Assembly (NCBI GenBank): GCA_028276365.1
Contig: JAPYWL010000001.1
Location: 16,488-80,487 of the forward strand
DNA from: Deltaproteobacteria bacterium
Lineage (GTDB): Bacteria; DRYD01
Length of the DNA stretch: 64,000 nt
Direction of reading: 5' to 3'
Shown here: positions 9,667 to 19,798 of the stretch, piece after piece
Layout: every line of letters starts with the position of its first letter
How positions within the stretch are numbered: the stretch's first letter is position 1
Made by a program: the position numbers and the translations under genes
Notes under the pieces: model-generated
Database searches by the model: none
What the model saw: the letters and a program-made list of their open reading frames with translations, nothing else
What the model was told of the DNA's origin: nothing

Positions 9667-12600
9667 TTAGGAATTTATATAATTTATAATTTCTTTTTTA
9701 ATATTTATATCTAAATTAGGATTTTTTGCTATATCTTCTTTTATTATTTCTATTCTGTTTTTATCTTTTAATTTTTTATATATTTCGATTAATTTTTTGA
9801 TAATAATGGGATTATTTGGATTATATTCATAAGCCATTTCATAATTATCTCTTGCTTCTATTAATTTATTAATTTTTTCATAAGCAGTACCTATGCTCAT
9901 ATATACATCAGCTGAAAATGGTTTTATAATCAATGCTTCCTTAAAATATTTTATAGACTCTTCATAATTTCCCTTCTTTAAATTGATAAACCCTAAATGA
10001 CTTTTAGCTACAAAATCAAAGCTATTTAATTCATAAGCTTTTAGAAAATCATTCTCAGCTAAATCAAGTTTATTTGCTTTATAATATAATACTCCTCTAT
10101 TTGAATATAACTCAGAAGAATCAGGAATATTCTTTATTCCTAAATTATATACATTTAGAGCTTTAACTACTTGATTTGTAGCTAAATAAATTATTGCTAA
10201 ATATTTATATATCTCTTCCTTTATAACATTTTCCTCTATTAGTTTAGTTAATATATTTATTGCACTATCATATTTTTTGGTTAATATATAAATATTTACT
10301 AAATTTATAGCAAACTCTACTGCTTCATAGTATAAATTACTTTTAGTATTACTAAATAAAATATCTTTATATAATTTTAAAAACTTTTTTTCCATTAATT
10401 CATAAGCATTTATATTACCTGAATATATCTCTATTAAGCAATTATGATAAATATATAAATTATTATTAGGATTAATTTTTAATAATTTATCAAAAACTTC
10501 TTTTGCTAATTTTAAGTACTTTGATAGCAAATAAGATTTACCTAATAAAAATAACAATAATTCATTTTCATAGTAATTAGATAATTCCAAAAACTGCTCT
10601 AAAGCTAAATCATACATATCTCTTAGTAAATAAATACAACCTAAATATAATCTACTTTCATAAAAAAATAAATTATAATTAATACTTTGAGACAATAAAG
10701 TGATAGTTTCTTCTATATTTCCATTAGCTAATTTAAATTTACTAGTAATAAATAAAATATAATATCTATTTTTTTCGTTATATAATTCTTCATTTATTTT
10801 ATTTAATAATTTTTCTATTATTTCTAATATTTTCTCATTTTCTATATTAATTTGATTTTTTTCAGAATTAATAAAAAGTCTTATTTTGTCCCATTTTTCA
10901 TTTATTATATAATTATCAAAATCAAGTGTTAGTAAATTTAAAAAAAAGACTCTTAAATCCTCTAAATTTACATCAATTAAATATGAAGGTAATAGGTATA
11001 TTTTTCGAATCCATTCTTTTATGTTAAAATCTAATAATTTTTTACCTATCTCAAAAATTATTTTTACTTCTTTATGTTTTATTTTATCTATATTTAAATA
11101 AACATCAAAGAATAAATCGTCAATAAAATCTTTTTTATAATCTTTTATTTGATTTAGCAAATTATCTGAAATACCAATACTTAGTTTTACTGATGAAATT
11201 AGCAATTCCGTAATAAAATATTTTCCATATTTATTTAAAATTGCTTTAATAGATTTTATATCTGATTGATAAATAGAATAATATAAAATAACTCTTATTA
11301 TGGATATTAAAATATCATTTAAATTATAAAGATTATTTATTATTGTAGCGTGATTTTTTATAACTTCTTGATTATCTATAATATTAACTACCTTTTGATC
11401 AATAATCTTTTTTATGATATTTCCTAAAACAAAACTTAAGTTTTCTTCTTTCATATTAAAAATTAATTCATAAAAATCAATATTAAATAAATAACTCAAA
11501 AATTTTATTGAATTATTAATTAAACTAAAAAGTAAATCTTTTTTATTTGAGTTAAATAGATAATGTAAAACAAATATAAAGGAATTATTAAAATAATATA
11601 CTTCCTCAAAATTTAAATTTAAAAAATATTTTTTTAAATCTGATAAATAATTATCAAAATTTTCTACAATATTATTAATAATCTCTTCTATCTTTTTGTT
11701 GATTTCATTTATATTTAAATCAAAAATATAATAATAATACTTTAAGATGAAAAGAGTATCTAAAGTATAATAAATAGTAGAAAAAGTAAAATATTTATAA
11801 TAACTAATTAAATTATAAATTTTTAAATAATCTTGTTTTTTAGATAAGGTAATGATTAAATATTTTAAAATTATACTTAATTGTTGATTATTTAAATTTT
11901 TGACATTATTAATAAAATAAAAAGCTTTTTCTATTAACTCTTCATAGTTATTTAAATTGTATAATAAACTAAAATAAAATTCTATAGAATTAAAATAATT
12001 ATTGAAATTAGAAATAATTTCATTTTCAATAGAAGTTATTAATTCAAAGGATTTGGAATAATTAGATAATTTTGACAAAACATAAGCATAATAATAAATG
12101 AATTCTTTATTATTTGGATCACTTATATATAGCTTGCTAATTATTTCATTAGCTAATTTAAAATATTGAATATAATTTTCATTTTCTCCTGTTTTAATTA
12201 ACGAAATTATATATATATAAAGTAACTCTCTTTTATCTTTAAAAAATACATCTTCATTAGATTTTATATCTCCCAAAATGTTGGATAAATTAAGATTACC
12301 TATTAAAGATATTATCTCTTTATATTTATTTAATTTAAATAATGTTTTTATAATTATTAAATATGAACTAATGGAATTATCAAGATTTTCTATAAATTCA
12401 GGAATAAATTTATAAGCTTCCTCGTAATTTGATAATTCATAGTTAATAAATATAATTTTTCTTAAAACTTCTAAAAATATCCCTTTATATTTTTTTTGAT
12501 TTATAAAATCTTTATTAGAATATAGTTTATATAAGATATCTAAAGCATTTTTTAAATCCTGTGAATCCCTATTTTCTTTAAGTAAATATATATTAACTAA

Positions 12601-13881
12601 TTCTAAATAATGTTCAAATTTTTCTTCTTCTATAAATTTATTTAAAATATTTATTGCTTCATCGTATTTCTTCGCTATTATATATAGCTTAGATATTAAT
12701 AAGAAGGCATCTTGTAAATTAGGATCTAATTCGCTGGCTTTAATAGCATAATTTAAAGAATCTTTGTAATTCCTTAATTTGTAATATATTTTTGCTGCTT
12801 CTAAATAATAAATAGCTTTATTAGATTCTAAATTTATAGCTTTTAATATGTTTTTTAAAGCTCTTGATAATTGACCTACTTTTAAATAACACCTTGCTAA
12901 ATTATAATAACTATAAGAATCATTAGGATCTAAATAAACGGCTCTTAAAAAATGCTTTATTGCTTCATTTATGTTACCAGCGTCTAATAAAGCTACTCCT
13001 AAATTATTATGTGTATAACTATCTAAAGGATTTAAATCAAGAGCTAATCTAAAATATCTTATGGCCTCCTCATAATTACCTAAATTATATAATATTTTTG
13101 CTAATTTATAATACCAAAAGTAATTATTAGGATTCTTACTGACCGCTATTTTAAAATAATAAATAGCTTTTTCTAAATTTTTTAATTCTTCATAACAAGA
13201 ACCTAAATAGAAATAAGCATCAGCATTATCCTCATTTAGCTCTATTACCTTATTTAAATATTCTATAGCTTCACTAAATTCTTTATTTCTATATAATATT
13301 ATCCCTATGTTTAATAAACTTTCTACATCATCTGGTTTTAATTTTATTACATCTTTCAAAGCATTTAATGCATTATTAAAATCCCCTTTTTTTAACAAAA
13401 TTAAAGCATATTGTTTTTGAGTATCTATATCTTCTACTAAACTGGGATTAATATTTGTTTGTAAATTCTGAATCCTTTGAATTTCTTGTAATATCCTTTT
13501 TTCTAACCCAATTGGATCTCCACTTTGCCTTACTAATGATAAAGTTATTTGTAATTCAGATAAGGCCTCAGCATACTTTTTTAACTTACTATACGCTAAA
13601 GCTAAATTAAAGTGAGCACGCGTAAAATGAGGATCTATTGATATTATCTTTTGCCAATACTTTATAGCTTCTTCCAAATTCCCTAAATTAGAATAAATAC
13701 CACCTAATTCAAATAAACCCATCTTATGATTTGGATTTAATTCTAATAATAATTGATAATACTTTAAAGCTTCATCTAATAACTGATTATTAAAATAATA
13801 ATTAGCTACTTTATAAACATCTTCAGGATTAGCTTCTTTTGGATTTAAATTTATCTTTTCCTCTAATTGCTTTATATCCAT
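9667..13881 (-). CDS. Giant TPR-repeat protein (1404 aa)
   Basis: Tandem TPR-like 34-aa repeats in the N-terminal ~440 aa (e.g. EEAIKYWQKIISIDPHFTRAHFNLALAY) and the C-terminal ~300 aa (e.g. EESIKYFKEALIIKPFSADVYMSIGTAY). They flank ~650 aa of non-TPR helical sequence. Confidence 0.85.
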   Translation of the reverse strand: MDIKQLEEKINLNPKEANPEDVYKVANYYFNNQLLDEALKYYQLLLELNPNHKMGLFELGGIYSNLGNLEEAIKYWQKIISIDPHFTRAHFNLALAYSKLKKYAEALSELQITLSLVRQSGDPIGLEKRILQEIQRIQNLQTNINPSLVEDIDTQKQYALILLKKGDFNNALNALKDVIKLKPDDVESLLNIGIILYRNKEFSEAIEYLNKVIELNEDNADAYFYLGSCYEELKNLEKAIYYFKIAVSKNPNNYFWYYKLAKILYNLGNYEEAIRYFRLALDLNPLDSYTHNNLGVALLDAGNINEAIKHFLRAVYLDPNDSYSYYNLARCYLKVGQLSRALKNILKAINLESNKAIYYLEAAKIYYKLRNYKDSLNYAIKASELDPNLQDAFLLISKLYIIAKKYDEAINILNKFIEEEKFEHYLELVNIYLLKENRDSQDLKNALDILYKLYSNKDFINQKKYKGIFLEVLRKIIFINYELSNYEEAYKFIPEFIENLDNSISSYLIIIKTLFKLNKYKEIISLIGNLNLSNILGDIKSNEDVFFKDKRELLYIYIISLIKTGENENYIQYFKLANEIISKLYISDPNNKEFIYYYAYVLSKLSNYSKSFELITSIENEIISNFNNYFNSIEFYFSLLYNLNNYEELIEKAFYFINNVKNLNNQQLSIILKYLIITLSKKQDYLKIYNLISYYKYFTFSTIYYTLDTLFILKYYYYIFDLNINEINKKIEEIINNIVENFDNYLSDLKKYFLNLNFEEVYYFNNSFIFVLHYLFNSNKKDLLFSLINNSIKFLSYLFNIDFYELIFNMKEENLSFVLGNIIKKIIDQKVVNIIDNQEVIKNHATIINNLYNLNDILISIIRVILYYSIYQSDIKSIKAILNKYGKYFITELLISSVKLSIGISDNLLNQIKDYKKDFIDDLFFDVYLNIDKIKHKEVKIIFEIGKKLLDFNIKEWIRKIYLLPSYLIDVNLEDLRVFFLNLLTLDFDNYIINEKWDKIRLFINSEKNQINIENEKILEIIEKLLNKINEELYNEKNRYYILFITSKFKLANGNIEETITLLSQSINYNLFFYESRLYLGCIYLLRDMYDLALEQFLELSNYYENELLLFLLGKSYLLSKYLKLAKEVFDKLLKINPNNNLYIYHNCLIEIYSGNINAYELMEKKFLKLYKDILFSNTKSNLYYEAVEFAINLVNIYILTKKYDSAINILTKLIEENVIKEEIYKYLAIIYLATNQVVKALNVYNLGIKNIPDSSELYSNRGVLYYKANKLDLAENDFLKAYELNSFDFVAKSHLGFINLKKGNYEESIKYFKEALIIKPFSADVYMSIGTAYEKINKLIEARDNYEMAYEYNPNNPIIIKKLIEIYKKLKDKNRIEIIKEDIAKNPNLDINIKKEIINYINS

Positions 13882-13895
13882 AACATTTAGTTATG

Positions 13896-14996
13896 TTATT
13901 TGGTTATCTTTTTATAATAATTTAATTTTACAAATGGCAATTTATCTATTTTAAATATAAAGTTTTCTTTATTTTCAATTAATCCTTTATAATCTATTAT
14001 ATTGTTTATATCAATAAGATCTAAATTAATAAAAGCTAATCCTATAGGTATTGATAAGATAGGAGAATAAGTACCACTTGTTATAACCCCTATTTCTTTT
14101 TGATTAAAATCATATAACTTATAATTGTTTCTTGGAACTTTTTTAGTATTTATTACTTTTATTCCCAATAATTTTTTATTTACTTTAGTATTTTCTATAA
14201 ATTTATTAAAATAACTATTTTTAATAGCCCAAGATAAATTAGCTTCTAATGGATTTGTATTATTATCTATTTCATTACCATATAATACTAATCCCGCTTC
14301 TATTCTTAAAACATCCCTAGCTCCTAATCCTGCTCCCTTTACATTATTACTTAATAAAAAATCCATTAATTTTAACATCCTTCTATAATCTAAATAAATC
14401 TCAAAGCCATCTTCTCCTGTATATCCAGACCTAGATAATATAAAATTCTTATCTATTACTACATAATCATAAAAATAAACCCTTTTTAAATCAATATTTA
14501 TATTAAATAATGAAATTAAAAAATCATTAACAATTTTTTCACTTAAAGGGCCTTGTATAGCTAACATTAAATAATCATCACTTACGTCTATTACATCTAT
14601 ACTGTTTTCTTTTAATATATTAATATTTTTCTCCTTATTAACTGCGTTACATACTACTAAAAAATAACCATTAAAATACTGATCTAAATCATATATTACA
14701 ATATCATCTTCTATTGTAAACCTATCATTTAATATTAAAGCATATTTAGCTTTAGAGTATTTTATATTATCTATACTTACTGAAAACAAATTATTTATTC
14801 TTTCACTTTTTTTTACTAATAATCTTCCCATATGATATAAATCAAAAAAACTAACAGAATTTCTCGTGTTTAATACTTCATCTATAATACTACTATAATT
14901 TAAAGGCATATTATAAGAATGAAAATTTATAAATTTAGCACCTAATAATACGTGAAAATCCTTTAATGGACTTTCTTTTAAAATTAAATTACTCAT
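13896..14996 (-). CDS. gcvT: Glycine cleavage system T protein (aminomethyltransferase)
   Basis: PLKDFHVLLGAKFINFHSYNMPLNY, SRSGYTGEDGFEIY, GLGARDVLRIEAGLVLYGNEI. The ATG at 14996 lies just inside the TTG at 14999; SD AAGGGG upstream. Confidence 0.85.
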   Translation of the reverse strand: MSNLILKESPLKDFHVLLGAKFINFHSYNMPLNYSSIIDEVLNTRNSVSFFDLYHMGRLLVKKSERINNLFSVSIDNIKYSKAKYALILNDRFTIEDDIVIYDLDQYFNGYFLVVCNAVNKEKNINILKENSIDVIDVSDDYLMLAIQGPLSEKIVNDFLISLFNINIDLKRVYFYDYVVIDKNFILSRSGYTGEDGFEIYLDYRRMLKLMDFLLSNNVKGAGLGARDVLRIEAGLVLYGNEIDNNTNPLEANLSWAIKNSYFNKFIENTKVNKKLLGIKVINTKKVPRNNYKLYDFNQKEIGVITSGTYSPILSIPIGLAFINLDLIDINNIIDYKGLIENKENFIFKIDKLPFVKLNYYKKITK

Positions 14997-15052
14997 CAAT
15001 ATCTTACCCCTTAATTTTTAATAATTCAAAAATTTGATATAAAAAATTATTA

Positions 15053-15610
15053 TTAATCTACAGGAGTTTTAATTTCGTTTATAATGGGATCATATATTTC
15101 ATTAAGGATTTCATTTTCATATTTTCCATTTGGATATACATATTCTTTAACTAATGCTATCCTTTTAGGTATTATCCCTTCATCATCTGGATAAAACATT
15201 AAAAAACGTTCTACTATAAAATTACCATTACTTTTATATACTTTAGCAGGTCTTAAGTTATATTTTAAATAAAAATCTTCATCAACACTACCATATGGTT
15301 CAAATGGATTTTCTCCTTTCTTAAATATTTCAATAGCATATAAATCAAAGAACACGTGTAGCTCTGGTTTAGTAAATAATCTTACAAAATCCAATGCAGC
15401 TTCTTCATTATCTATTAACACTTTATCTTCTAACGATTTAATTGAATTAATTTCTATCTTTTCATCTCCTTTTATTAAATACAATTTTAAACTTGCTTTA
15501 ACAGGATAAAAAGAAATACTACTAAACATCATTACTAACCCATACTCACTTTTAAATTTTATTGGAATATTATTAATCCACCCTATATAAAAATTATTTT
15601 CCCTACTCAT
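15053..15610 (-). CDS. Hypothetical protein (185 aa)
   Basis: ORF with SD GTGAGGT upstream. No recognisable motif. Confidence 0.55.
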   Translation of the reverse strand: MSRENNFYIGWINNIPIKFKSEYGLVMMFSSISFYPVKASLKLYLIKGDEKIEINSIKSLEDKVLIDNEEAALDFVRLFTKPELHVFFDLYAIEIFKKGENPFEPYGSVDEDFYLKYNLRPAKVYKSNGNFIVERFLMFYPDDEGIIPKRIALVKEYVYPNGKYENEILNEIYDPIINEIKTPVD

Positions 15611-15775
15611 TTTTTACCTCACTATAATGATTTAAATTGCTTCCCCCCTTTATAAAAAATTAAACTTCTGACTTCATATCTATTTTTTCATCTTTAAATA
15701 CCTTGTTTAAGCTATTTATCTTAAATTTGTAGAAAATAAAGATTTCTTACAGTTTTTTATTAAAAAATAATAATT

Positions 15776-16108
15776 CTAAAACTCAGTTTCAGATGCTATA
15801 ACTGTTTCTAACCCATATTTTAAATTAACTACATCAATAGAAGTAGGTTTCCTTATTGCTATTATATTTATTTCCTTTATTTTCTTTAATTCCTGAGTTA
15901 GTTTTTCTATATTTTCATCATTATTTTCTACTAAATGTACTAATAATCTAATTGTTTTAGGTTTAACTTCTGTAGGTATTATCCCTTCTATTCCTGTAGT
16001 TAAAGCAGAAATATTGGCTTGATTATCTGCTAATATTTGCGCTATTTTAGCTAAAATCCCTGGTTTATCTTCTACTACTTTTGCTTCTATATATAACATT
16101 TTTCCCAT
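15776..16108 (-). CDS. ACT domain protein
   Basis: EDKPGILAKIAQILADNQANISAL is a typical ACT beta-alpha-beta start. SD AAGGAGGGG upstream. Confidence 0.6.
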   Translation of the reverse strand: MGKMLYIEAKVVEDKPGILAKIAQILADNQANISALTTGIEGIIPTEVKPKTIRLLVHLVENNDENIEKLTQELKKIKEINIIAIRKPTSIDVVNLKYGLETVIASETEF

Positions 16109-16134
16109 TTATTTTTCCCCTCCTTAAAATCATT

Positions 16135-16707
16135 CTATATCCTTATTACTTCAAATCTATATATCTCATTTTCTTTTAATAAATTTTCTTTATTATATTT
16201 TAATCCTGCTTTATTAAAAGCTATTTCTAATTGCTTTTGTATAGTATCTATATTAGGTATATCAGGTAATAAAACACCTCTTTTGTTTTCCTTTTTCACT
16301 ATAACTCCATATTTCTTAGGATCTAAACTATCTAAAGAACTTATTTTCTCTATATTTATAATGAAATCTATTTTAACTTGTAAATAAGGATATTCTTCTA
16401 AAGAAATAGGATCAAATCGAGGATCTTTAAATGCTGAAGATATTGAATTATTTATTATTTCTAAAATTACATTATCAAAAACAGGTTCTACTGTACCTAC
16501 ACAACCCCTTAAGTTATTCTCTATATAAAAACTAACAAAACAACCTAATTTTATATCTTTAAATTCATTAAATAAGAAATTATATCTCTTTCGGGATTCA
16601 TTTAATAAATTTAAATTATTTAATTTAAAATAAACTACTTCTAATGCTAATTGTTTTAATTCCTTGGAATAATTTAATATTTTCTCTTTTATTTTATCTA
16701 TTTCCAT
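16135..16707 (-). CDS. AMMECR1 domain protein (AmmeMemoRadiSam system protein A-like)
   Basis: LRGCVGTVEP and YGVIVKKENKRGVLLPD motifs. Confidence 0.8.
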   Translation of the reverse strand: MEIDKIKEKILNYSKELKQLALEVVYFKLNNLNLLNESRKRYNFLFNEFKDIKLGCFVSFYIENNLRGCVGTVEPVFDNVILEIINNSISSAFKDPRFDPISLEEYPYLQVKIDFIINIEKISSLDSLDPKKYGVIVKKENKRGVLLPDIPNIDTIQKQLEIAFNKAGLKYNKENLLKENEIYRFEVIRI

Positions 16708-16734
16708 AGGATTATTTTAAATTTTTTAATTACT

Positions 16735-17625
16735 TTAAAATTTTCTAACTAAAGGATTAAATCCTTCATTTTCTATTATTTTGGAAATTTCATTAGCTTT
16801 ATCCATATTTTTAAAAGGACCTACTATTACTCTATACATTTTTGTATTTTTAATTATTACTTCATCTATAGAACAATATATACCTTTATTTTTTAATGTT
16901 TCGCTTACGTACTTAGCATTATTATATACTGAAAATAATCCAACTTGTATGTAATAATTTCCTTCTGAATCAGGTAAAATATTATTGTTAGTGTTATTTT
17001 GATTTTCTTCTTTATCTTTATTATCTTTATTAAGATTATTTTTTTCATTATTAGCTTCTTTAGAATTAATGTTTTCTGGTGGATTTTTTAAAGAAGATTC
17101 TATAGTTTTAGAATTTTCTATAGATTTTGAATTTTCTAATATTTTTTGATCTTCTTTAGTTTCTGTTTTATTAGTGTTTATTTCATTTGAATTTGTTGTT
17201 AAAGTATTACTAGTTATAGTTTTTTCGTTTTGTTTTAAATTGGTTTCTTTATTTTCTATTTTTTTATCATTTAATTTATCATTTAATTTGGGAATTAATA
17301 CATATTCATTAGAAGTAGGATTATTGGTATTATAATCTATATTTTTCTTTTCAGTTATTAATGGAGCTATTAGTGAGGTTTGAGATATATTTTGAGGCTT
17401 TATTTTTTGAATATAAAAGTATTGCCCCGCAAAATACCCACCTATTATAACTACTAAAATAATTACAAAGAAAATAATAACCCTTATAAACATAGTTATA
17501 TAACCTTTTGACTGATTATTTTCATAAGAAACTGTAGATGAATTTGCTAAGTTATCTCCTGTTTTCTTAGTTCTATTGCTGCTTTTTCTGGAAGCATTGG
17601 ATTTATATATGTACCTGTTCCCCAT
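16735..17625 (-). CDS. SPOR domain membrane protein (septal peptidoglycan binding)
   Basis: Basic N-terminal tail, one TM (FIRVIIFFVIILVVIIGGYFAG), an N/K/E/T-rich linker, and a C-terminal SPOR domain (YYIQVGLFSVYNNAKYV ... YRVIVGPFKNMDKANEI). The ATG at 17625 overlaps galT by 79 nt; an alternative ATG lies at 17493. Confidence 0.7.
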   Translation of the reverse strand: MGNRYIYKSNASRKSSNRTKKTGDNLANSSTVSYENNQSKGYITMFIRVIIFFVIILVVIIGGYFAGQYFYIQKIKPQNISQTSLIAPLITEKKNIDYNTNNPTSNEYVLIPKLNDKLNDKKIENKETNLKQNEKTITSNTLTTNSNEINTNKTETKEDQKILENSKSIENSKTIESSLKNPPENINSKEANNEKNNLNKDNKDKEENQNNTNNNILPDSEGNYYIQVGLFSVYNNAKYVSETLKNKGIYCSIDEVIIKNTKMYRVIVGPFKNMDKANEISKIIENEGFNPLVRKF

Positions 17626-18560
17626 TCAAATCCTGCTACCTCCGTTAACCTGGGAATTATCTCTATATGCCAATGATAATATTCTTTACTATTGGAATTA
17701 GGTGGGGCAGTGTGTAACATCATATTAAATGGTGGATTATCTAAAAGTAAATATAACTTAGAAAAAACCGATTTTAAAGTTTGAGCTAAATCTACTACAT
17801 GATTCTTATCTATATCTTCAAATCGATGAGAATGCTTTTTAGGAATTATCCAAGTTTCAAATGGAAATGCAGAAGCAAATGGACAGAAAGCAATAAATGA
17901 ATTGTTCTCAAATACTATTCTGTCTTGGTGCCCCAATTCCTGAGTAACTATATCGCAAAATAAACACCTATCTCTTAGCTCAAAGTATTCTTTAGCATTA
18001 TCTATTTCATTTTTAATAACTGCAGGAATTATAGGAGTTGCTATTATTTGAGAATGAGGATGAAATAGTGAAGCACCTGCTCCTTTCCCATGGTTCTTAA
18101 ATATTATCACATACTTTATCCTAACATCTTTTGATAACTCTATTATCCTATCTCTATAACCCCATATAATCTCTTCAAATTGAGAACTACTCATTGACAA
18201 AGGGGTAGCAAAATGGTCATCTGTTTCTATTAATACTTCATGATATCCTACCCCATTCATCATGTCATAAATTCCTATCCCTTTTTTATCTAAGGATCCC
18301 TCTGGATTTAGAGCAGGAAATTTATTATTTACAACTCTTATCCACCAACCTGGTCCATTTGCTAAAGTTCCTGGTTTCCTATATGCTAGTACTTCAGGAG
18401 GAGTCATAAATTCATTACCTGGACAAAAGGGACATTTTGATAAATCTTGATTAGCAGGAAAATCCTCTCTCTTTTTTTTAAAATCATTTGGTCTACTTGC
18501 TCGCTCTGTTGCTATTATTACCCACCTCTTTAGTACTGGATCTTTCCTAAGCTCAGGCAT
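17547..18560 (-). CDS. galT: Galactose-1-phosphate uridylyltransferase family (HIT class I) nucleotidyltransferase
   Basis: Zinc site CPFCPGNE, active site FKNHGKGAGASLFHPHSQIIATP. SD AAGGAAGGAG upstream. Confidence 0.85.
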   Translation of the reverse strand: MPELRKDPVLKRWVIIATERASRPNDFKKKREDFPANQDLSKCPFCPGNEFMTPPEVLAYRKPGTLANGPGWWIRVVNNKFPALNPEGSLDKKGIGIYDMMNGVGYHEVLIETDDHFATPLSMSSSQFEEIIWGYRDRIIELSKDVRIKYVIIFKNHGKGAGASLFHPHSQIIATPIIPAVIKNEIDNAKEYFELRDRCLFCDIVTQELGHQDRIVFENNSFIAFCPFASAFPFETWIIPKKHSHRFEDIDKNHVVDLAQTLKSVFSKLYLLLDNPPFNMMLHTAPPNSNSKEYYHWHIEIIPRLTEVAGFEWGTGTYINPMLPEKAAIELRKQEIT

Positions 18561-19063
18561 ACTAAAATTCTCCTTCCTTATCTCTTTTCTATTAAAAGTA
18601 ATTCTCTTTTACTCTTAATTTTATTAAATTTTTCTTTTTTTATTATTCTACATTTTTTTATATAACCTTCTATTTTTTTTAATAAGAAAAATATTCTTGG
18701 TATTAGTTCTTAAAATTTTAGGAGTATTTTTTATTATATTGCTATTAATGATAGTTATTTTATTTTTTATTAATTTTTTAATTAATTTTTTTATTTTTTT
18801 ATACATTAACTATTAATTGTAGCAATTATAATTTTAGGAAAAGGAAATAATTGGTTTTACCTTGTTATGAAATAAGCTGTAATTTGGCTTTGAATTAGAA
18901 TTTGATCTTACTGCTGTCATATTTTATCTTTCCTTAAAAATTTTTTTTATATTTAATTAATAATTTAGCTTTTATTTCAATTATTTTTAATTTATTTAAA
19001 AATAAATAAAAAAGGAAGATAATTTTATTAAAAAGAATAATAAAAAGGGAATATAAAAAGTCT

Positions 19064-19552
19064 ATGTTTTTAAGAAGATATAGAGGTTTTTCTTTAATTG
19101 AGATTTTAGTTGCCATGTTGTTTTTACTTATTTTATTATTAAGTTTTTTTAATTTGTATATAATTATAAATAAATTAAATAAGGAACACGAGTTTTCAAG
19201 TGAAGCTTTATCTATTGCTTCTTCTAGATTAGAAACAATTTTGTATAACTCTCATTTGCTTACCCTAAAAAAAGTTTCTGGAAGTTTTGTTATTTATAAT
19301 TTGATAGATCAAAAAGAATTAATTTATAATTCCGCAATTAATGTGTATGATGCTTTTAAAAAAAATTATTTAGCTAATCAAATCCCTTATTATTTCCCTA
19401 TTAGTTATATTTATTATGGAATAGCTACAAGAATTAGAGTATATGATAAAAACTATCAACAGTTTTATAATGTTTCTGTTTATGTTTACCATAAAAATAA
19501 TCCCCAAAAAAAATATTCTATATCTACTATTATCAAAAGTAATTATCAATAA
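19064..19552 (+). CDS. Prepilin-type N-terminal cleavage/methylation domain protein (type IV pilin or pseudopilin-like)
   Basis: MFLRRYRGFSLIEILVAMLFLLILL: the classic G|F(S/T)LIE leader-peptidase site followed by a hydrophobic helix. Confidence 0.75.
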   Translation: MFLRRYRGFSLIEILVAMLFLLILLLSFFNLYIIINKLNKEHEFSSEALSIASSRLETILYNSHLLTLKKVSGSFVIYNLIDQKELIYNSAINVYDAFKKNYLANQIPYYFPISYIYYGIATRIRVYDKNYQQFYNVSVYVYHKNNPQKKYSISTIIKSNYQ

Positions 19553-19679
19553 TTTTTCACTAAAAACTCTCAAGTTTTTATAAGGTGGAGATAAATTTCA
19601 AAAAGCTGAAAGATTTAATTTTAGAATATAAGTTTTATAAAAAAGAGGGAGAAATAAAAAAATATAGAAATATATAAAC

Positions 19680-19798
19680 GGGTGGTGCCAATAGCGGTGG
19701 GGAAACACCCGGTTTCCATTCCGAACCCGGAAGTTAAGCCCACCAGCGCCGATGGTACTAATGGGGCGACCTTGTGGGAGAGTAGGTCGGTGCCACCC
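19680..19798 (+). rRNA. rrf: 5S ribosomal RNA
   Basis: GGGTGGTGCC...CCGAACCCGGAAGTTAAGC...GAGAGTAGGTCGGTGCCACCC. Conserved loop and helix signatures are present, and terminal helix I pairs 19680-19689 with 19789-19798. A T6 run follows immediately. The listed antisense ORF 19598..19819 is an artefact of this gene. Confidence 0.9.

Noticed and set aside
15000-15052. Glycine riboswitch upstream of gcvT.
   Set aside because: The spacer is only 53 nt of A/T-rich sequence, too short and lacking any conserved core.
17547-17625. The 79-nt overlap between the galT 3' end and the SPOR gene 5' end as a sign of programmed coupling or a frameshift.
   Set aside because: It is most simply explained by start-codon uncertainty. 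An in-frame ATG at 17493 just before the TM segment removes the overlap.
18561-19063. Possible replication origin in the 500-bp A/T-rich divergent spacer.
   Set aside because: I could not find TTATCCACA-like DnaA boxes or their complements, only generic A/T runs. An origin is more likely upstream of dnaA, outside the window.
18934-19116. 60-aa minus-strand ORF.
   Set aside because: It is almost pure A/T-encoded K/I/L/F, overlaps the start of the pilin-like gene and has no SD.
19370-19573. 67-aa minus-strand ORF.
   Set aside because: It is antisense inside the pilin-like gene.
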